DNA of 64,000 nt from the human T2T-CHM13v2.0 reference genome, Homo sapiens. The stretch lies in NCBI RefSeq assembly GCF_009914755.1, contig NC_060939.1. One strand, given 5' to 3'. Below are positions 56,612-64,000 of this stretch, in pieces; positions within the stretch are counted from its first letter, which is position 1, and each line of letters starts with the position of its first letter. The notes beneath the pieces were generated by a model. The model was not told where the DNA came from. It worked only from the letters and a program-made list of their open reading frames with translations, and ran no database searches. A program made the position numbers and the translations under genes.

Positions 56612-59600
56612 TTTTTTTTTTTTTTAAGCGCAACGCAACATGTCTGCCTTATTTGAGTGGCTTCCTATATCATTATAATTGTGTTATAGATGAAGAAACG
56701 GTATTAAACACTGTGCTAATGATAGTGAAAGTGAAGACAAAAGAAAGGCTATCTATTTTGTGGTTAGAATAAAGTTGCTCAGTATTTAGAGCTACCTAAA
56801 TACGTCAGCATTTACACTCTTCCTAGTAAAAGCTGGCCAATCTGAATAATCCTCCTTTAAACAAACACAATTTTTGATAGGGTTAAGATTTTTTTAAGAA
56901 TGCGACTCCTGCAAAATAGCTGAACAGACGATACACATTTAAAAAAATAACAACACAAGGATCAACCAGACTTGGGAAAAAATCGAAAACCACACAAGTC
57001 TTATGAAGAACTGAGTTCTTAAAATAGGACGGAGAACGTAGCTATCGGAAGAGAAGGCAGTATTGGCAAGTTGATTGTTACGTTGGTCAGCAGTAGCTGG
57101 CACTATCTTTTTGGCCATCTTTCGGGCAATGTAACTACTACAGCAAAATGAGATATGATCCATGAAACAACATATTCGCAAATCAAAAAGTGTTTCAGTA
57201 ATATAATGCTTCAGATTTAGAAGCAAATCAAATGATAGAACTCCACTGCTGTAATAAGTCACCCCAAAGATCACCGTATCTGACAAAATAACTACCACAG
57301 GGTTATGACTTCAGAATCATACTTTCTCTTGATATTTACTTATGTATGTATTTATTTTTTTTAATTTATTTCTCTTGAGACGGCGTCTCGCTCTGTCGCC
57401 CAGGCTGGAGTGCGATGGTGTGATCTCGGCTCACTGCAACCGCCACCTCCCTGGGTTCAAGCGATTCTCCTGCCTCAGCCTCCCGAGTAGCTGGGACTAC
57501 AGGTGCCCGCCACCACGCCCAGCTAATCTTTATACTTTTAATAGAGACGGGGTTTCACCGTGTCGGCCCGGATGGTCTCGATCTCTTGACCTCGTGACCC
57601 GCCCGCCTCGGCCTCCCAAAGTGCTGGGATGACAGGCGTGAGCCACTGAGCCCGGCCTTCTCTTGACGTTTAAACTATGAAGTCAGTCCAGAGAAACGCA
57701 ATAAATGTCAACGGTGAGGATGGTGTTGAGGCAGAAGTAGGACCACACTTTTTCCTATCTTATTCAGTTGATAACAATATGACCTAGGTAGTAATTTCCT
57801 ATGTGCCTACTTATACACGAGTACAAAAGAGTAAAACAGAGAGACTGCTAAATTAAAGGGTACGTGAAGTTCTTCATAGTAACTCCGTAAACTGGAACAC
57901 TGTCAAAAAGCAGCAGCTAGTGAATTGTTTCCATGTATTTTTCTATGATCCAATAAGTGAACTATGCTATTCCTTTCCAGTCTCCCAAGCACTTCTTGTC
58001 CCCATCACCACTTCGGTGCTCGAAGAAAAAGTAACAAATCAAGGAACACAACTAAAGAAACACACACACAAACCAAAGACAACTACAGCGTCTGCAAAAG
58101 TTTGCTAGAAGACTGAAACTGTTGAGTATAAGGATCTGGTATTCTACGATGATCATGAGTTCACTTCAGAGTTTGTTCAAGACATACGTTTCGTAAGGAA
58201 ACATCTTAGTTAGAAGTTATTCAGCAGTAGGTACCATCCCTAAGTATTTTTCACCAAATTCGTGACAATAAAGAGCTATCTAACCAGAAAAATTAGCGAG
58301 TACCGGCACCATCCATAGGGCTTTGTCTTTACGCTTCATTAGCACTTACCATGCCTTACAATGTCTAGGATTGACCCTGATAGCATTTCGAAAACAAGCT
58401 AATGCTTTGTCCAGTTCTTCAGTGAAGACAAGCTCACGCCCTAATGCGCTATAGGCATAAGCATCATTTGGATCCACTTCGAGAGTTCTCTGGAAGAATT
58501 GAATCGCAATATCGTGTTCCCGTTGCAGACCGAAACAGTTCCCTGCAGCACACCAGGCCTCTGGCTGGCGAATTTTTATCCATGTCTGTGAAGTCTTTGG
58601 ACAGAACTGAAAGAGCAACCTCTTTCGGAGGATGCCAAAGTGTTGTAGAGTAGATCTCCATGCCTTCGACTCTGTAATTCTCAATCCTCCTAACCTCTGA
58701 GAATTGTCTTTCAGCTTGCGTGGACTCTGAAAGTTTACAATAGGCCCTTCCGATTTGGCACAGTACCCAACCGGTATTGCAGTGGTGAGAAGCTAGATGG
58801 CTCAAGATGCTGATAGCTTCTTTGCCGTGGTAAGAACACAAAGCTAAATAACCTTTCCCCCTTTCACGAAGAAGGCTCATCAAGCCTTCCGCTGCTGCTT
58901 TTTGTAGATTAAAAGCCTGAATCTGAGGCGCGATTGCGGCTATTTTCCCTTCTGAAATGACGGAAGAGTCCAATTTTGTCACTTCCAGGCTATCACTTAT
59001 GTTCGGTGGAGTTATTGCTCCTTTATTAGTTTTACTTTTGGTTCTTCTGTTTGGGATTTTAGGTGGAAACTTCATTTTTAATTTTCTCCTATTCTCCTCG
59101 GTTGTGGAGCTGTCACTAGTCAAGAGTCGTGAATTTCTTCGAGGCGGTGCATTTGGGGGAGATGCCATAGTGGGGCTCAATACCTGAGGTGTTGCCCTTG
59201 TCGGCGGACCAGAACTTTGTGTTTTTGCAAGGACTGGAGTTACCTTTCGGCTCTTTCCCCTCTGCGAGAAGACAGACGGTGTTCCGGTTTGGCCGATTCT
59301 GGCAACAGGCTTTTCTGAAGGGGCTCCGGTGGATGGCACGTCAATGACAGACGGTGTCTCATACCAGTGCAGTTTTGTCAATAGGGTCCGTCTCCGGGAC
59401 TTGGGGTTTCTAATGGCAAAATGCCAACACTTGGGGTTAATGGACTAACAGCTGCTGGTCCTCCTAATAAACTTCGACCAGTTTTTGGTTTATGTTGAAC
59501 CTGTTTAGATCATATGGAAGTTCCTGTTCCCAGTGGGACAGTATCAGGTGAAAGGACAGCTGAATCGATAGAAGACACTGGGGAGTCTGTATTCAAGGAG

Positions 59601-60410
59601 TACTTTGAATTGGAAGATTCTAAATTCCATCCGTTTCATTCGACGGTGTCCTGGGGTGTTTCCGTAAGAACGGTCTCGGGCTGTCTGTGACATAAACTAG
59701 GACGAGGTCCAAGTGTTGTGGCGCAACACTTGGACAGGCAGTTGCTAAAGCTCTCTAGAGAGGTGAATCAAAATGTTTGGTCAGGATCTGGCTTTTCCCC
59801 CCTATTTCACATCATGATTCAAAGGGACACCAGAGGAAAGGATTTCAACGAAGGCTCTTTTGGTCACATTCTGATCCTTTGGTAAGCCGATCTGTCTTGC
59901 AATATACATGTCCCGACGATGGAAGGGGAAAGCGAGCTGAATCACCAAACTCAGGAACGATAATATCATCGTGGCTTTTCTGCTTATGAAACACTCCACC
60001 CGATAAGATTTGATCCCCTTCTGCAAGCTTGCTGAGATCAACACAACATTTCGCAAGCAGGCATTTGCATTGCGGGGTAGTACAACTGTGTCCTTTCAAG
60101 AGTCTATATGTTTTATAGGCCTTTCCTGAGCGGTAAGAACAGGTCGCCAGTAAGAACAAGGCTTCTTCTGAGTGTACTTCTGCATAAAGGCGTTCTGCGG
60201 GGGAAACCGCATCTCGGTAGGCATAGTGGTTTAGTGCTTGCCATATAGCAGCCTGGACGGGTCCCTGCAGCACCGCCATCCTCGAGGCTCAGGCCCACTT
60301 TCTGCAGTGCCACAGGCACCCCCCCCCCCCCCCATAGCGGCTCCGGCCCGGCCAGCCTCGGCTCATTTAAAGGCACCAGCCGCCGTTACCGGGGGATGGG
60401 GGAGTCCGAG
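56612..60410 (-). pseudogene. CDC27P: CDC27 processed pseudogene, second rDNA unit
   Basis: Same ORFs at +42527 (60279-59845, 59381-58464, 58684-58346). Confidence 0.95.
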
Positions 60411-61200
60411 ACAGAATGACTTCTTTATCCTGCTGACTCTGGAAAGCCCGGCGCCTTGTGATCCATTGCAAACCGAGAGTCACCTCGTGTTTAGAACACG
60501 GATCCACTCCCAAGTTCAGTGGGGGGATGTGAGGGGTGTGGCAGGTAGGACGAAGGACTCTCTTCCTTCTGATTCGGTCTGCACAGTGGGGCCTAGGGCT
60601 GGAGCTCTCTCCGTGCGGACCGCTGACTCCCTCTACCTTGGGTTCCCTCGGCCCCACCCTGGAACGCCGGGCCTTGGCAGATTCTGGCCCTTCCTGGCCC
60701 TTCAGTCGCTGTCAGAAACCCCATCTCATGCTCGGATGCCCCGAGTGACTGTGGCTCGCACCTCTCCGGAAACATTGGAAATCTCTCCTCTACGCGCGGC
60801 CACCTGAAACCACAGGAGCTCGGGACACACGTGCTTTCGGGAGAGAATGCTGAGAGTCTCTTGCCGACTCTCTCTTGACTTGAGTTCTTCGTGGGTGCGT
60901 GGTTAAGACGTAGTGAGACCAGATGTATTAACTCAGGCCGGGTGCTGGTGGCTCACGCCTGTAACCCCAACACTTTGGGAGGCCGAGGCCGTAGGATCCC
61001 TCGAGGAATCGCCTAACCCTGGGGAGGTTGAGGTTGCAGTGAGTGAGCCATAGTTGTGTCACTGTGCTCCAGTCTGGGCGAAAGACAGAATGAGGCCCTG
61101 CCACAGGCAGGCAGGCAGGCAGGCAGGCAGAAAGACAACAGCTGTATTATGTTCTTCTCAGGGTAGGAAGCAAAAATAACAGAATACAGCACTTAATTAA

Positions 61201-61323
<123 letters not shown>

Positions 61324-61545
61324 TGAGTAGCTGGGATTACAGGGAGGAGCCACCACACCCAGCTGATTTTGTATTGTTAGTAGAGACGGCATTTCTCCAT
61401 GTGGGTCAGGCTGGTCTCGAACTGGCGACCCCAGTGGATCTGCCCGCCCCGGCCTCCCAAAGTGCTGGGGTGACAGGCGTGAGCCATCGTGACTGGCCGG
61501 CTACGTTTATTTATTTATTTTTTTAATTATTTTACTTTTTTTTAG

Positions 61546-61804
<259 letters not shown>

Positions 61805-63062
61805 TAGCCAGGATGGTCTCGATCTCCTGACCCCGTGATCCGTCCACCTCGGCCTCCCAAAGTGCTGGGATGACAGGCGTGAGCCACCGCCCCCGGCCTA
61901 TTTATCTATTTATTAACTTTGAGTCCAGGTTATGAAACCAGTTAGTTTTTGTAATTTTTTTTTTTTTTTTTTTTTTTTGAGACGAGGTTTCACCGTGTTG
62001 CCAAGGCTTGGACCGAGGGATCCACCGGCCCTCGGCCTCCCAAAAGTGCGGGGATGACAGGCGCGAGCCTACCGCGCCCGGACCCCCCCTTTCCCCTTCC
62101 CCCGCTTGTCTTCCCGACAGACAGTTTCACGGCAGAGCGTTTGGCTGGCGTGCTTAAACTCATTCTAAATAGAAATTTGGGACGTCAGCTTCTGGCCTCA
62201 CGGACTCTGAGCCGAGGAGTCCCCTGGTCTGTCTATCACAGGACCGTACACGTAAGGAGGAGAAAAATCGTAACGTTCAAAGTCAGTCATTTTGTGATAC
62301 AGAAATACACGGATTCACCCAAAACACAGAAAGCAGTCTTTTAGAAATGGCCTTAGCCCTGGTGTCCGTGCCAGTGATTCTTTTCGGTTTGGACCTTGAC
62401 TGAGAGGATTCCCAGTCGGTCTCTCGTCTCTGGACGGAAGTTCCAGATGATCCGATGGGTGGGGGACTTAGGCTGCGTCCCCCCAGGAGCCCTGGTCGAT
62501 TAGTTGTGGGGATCGCCTTGGAGGGCGCGGTGACCCACTGTGCTGTGGGAGCCTCCATCCTTCCCCCCACCCCCTCCCCAGGGGATCCCAATTCATTCCG
62601 GGCTGACACGCTCACTGGCAGGCGTCGGGCATCACCTAGCGGTCACTGTTACTCTGAAAACGGAGGCCTCACAGAGGAAGGGAGCACCAGGCCGCCTGCG
62701 CACAGCCTGGGGCAACTGTGTCTTCTCCACCGCCCCCGCCCCCACCTCCAAGTTCCTCCCTCCCTTGTTGCCTAGGAAATCGCCACTTTGACGACCGGGT
62801 CTGATTGACCTTTGATCAGGCAAAAACGAACAAACAGATAAATAAATAAAATAACACAAAAGTAACTAACTAAATAAAATAAGTCAATACAACCCATTAC
62901 AATACAATAAGATACGATACGATAGGATGCGATAGGATACGATAGGATACAATACAATACGATACGATACGATACAATACAATACAATACAATACAATAC
63001 AATACAATACAATACAATACAATACAATACAATACGCCGGGCGCGGTGGCTCATGCCTGTCA

Positions 63063-63314
<252 letters not shown>

Positions 63315-63578
63315 TCAAAAATAAATACATAAATAAATACATACATACATACATACATACATACATACATAAATTAAAATAAATAAATAAAATAAAATAA
63401 ATAAATGGGCCCTGCGCGGTGGCTCAAGCCTGTCATCCCCTCACTTTGGGAGGCCAAGGCCGGTGGATCAAGAGGCGGTCAGACCAACAGGGCCAGTATG
63501 GTGAAACCCCGTCTCTACTCACAATACACAACATTAGCCGGGCGCTGTGCTGTGCTGTACTGTCTGTAATCCCAGCTA

Positions 63579-63872
<294 letters not shown>

Positions 63873-64000
63873 TTAACTTCATTTTATGTTATTATCATGA
63901 TTGATGTTTCGAGACGGAGTCTCGGAGGCCCGCCCTCCCTGGTTGCCCAGACAACCCCGGGAGACAGACCCTGGCTGGGCCCGATTGTTCTTCTCCTTGG

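Overview
Human (hominid-type) 45S/47S ribosomal DNA array, about 1.5 tandem units with a period of 42,527 bp (1-21473 recurs at 42528-64000). The window holds one complete Pol I transcription unit on the + strand: TSS at 25045, 5'ETS, 18S 28684-30552, ITS1, 5.8S 31629-31785, ITS2, 28S 32954-38017, 3'ETS and Sal-box terminators. The intergenic spacer (IGS) contains many Alus, a tandem pair of long repeats (each with an L1 3' fragment, an inverted Alu pair and a CT-rich block), a third CT-rich block, a CDC27 retrocopy on the - strand, the RGC p53 site, a spacer promoter region and many microsatellites. No functional protein-coding gene is supported; the long ORFs come from low-complexity or GC-rich sequence. 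Best second-look candidates: (1) a motif-conserved CTCF-like plus RFX X-box-like module duplicated about 15 kb and 5 kb upstream of the TSS, with a third degenerate copy; (2) the same TAAT>TCAT change in most Alu left arms; (3) the CDC27 retrocopy leaving the coding frame at a 5' splice site; (4) a terminator region with only one R repeat; (5) a hidden ~200-260 bp period in the CT blocks. Comparisons with reference sequences and the literature are from memory and need checking, and I cannot confirm that any of these is undescribed.
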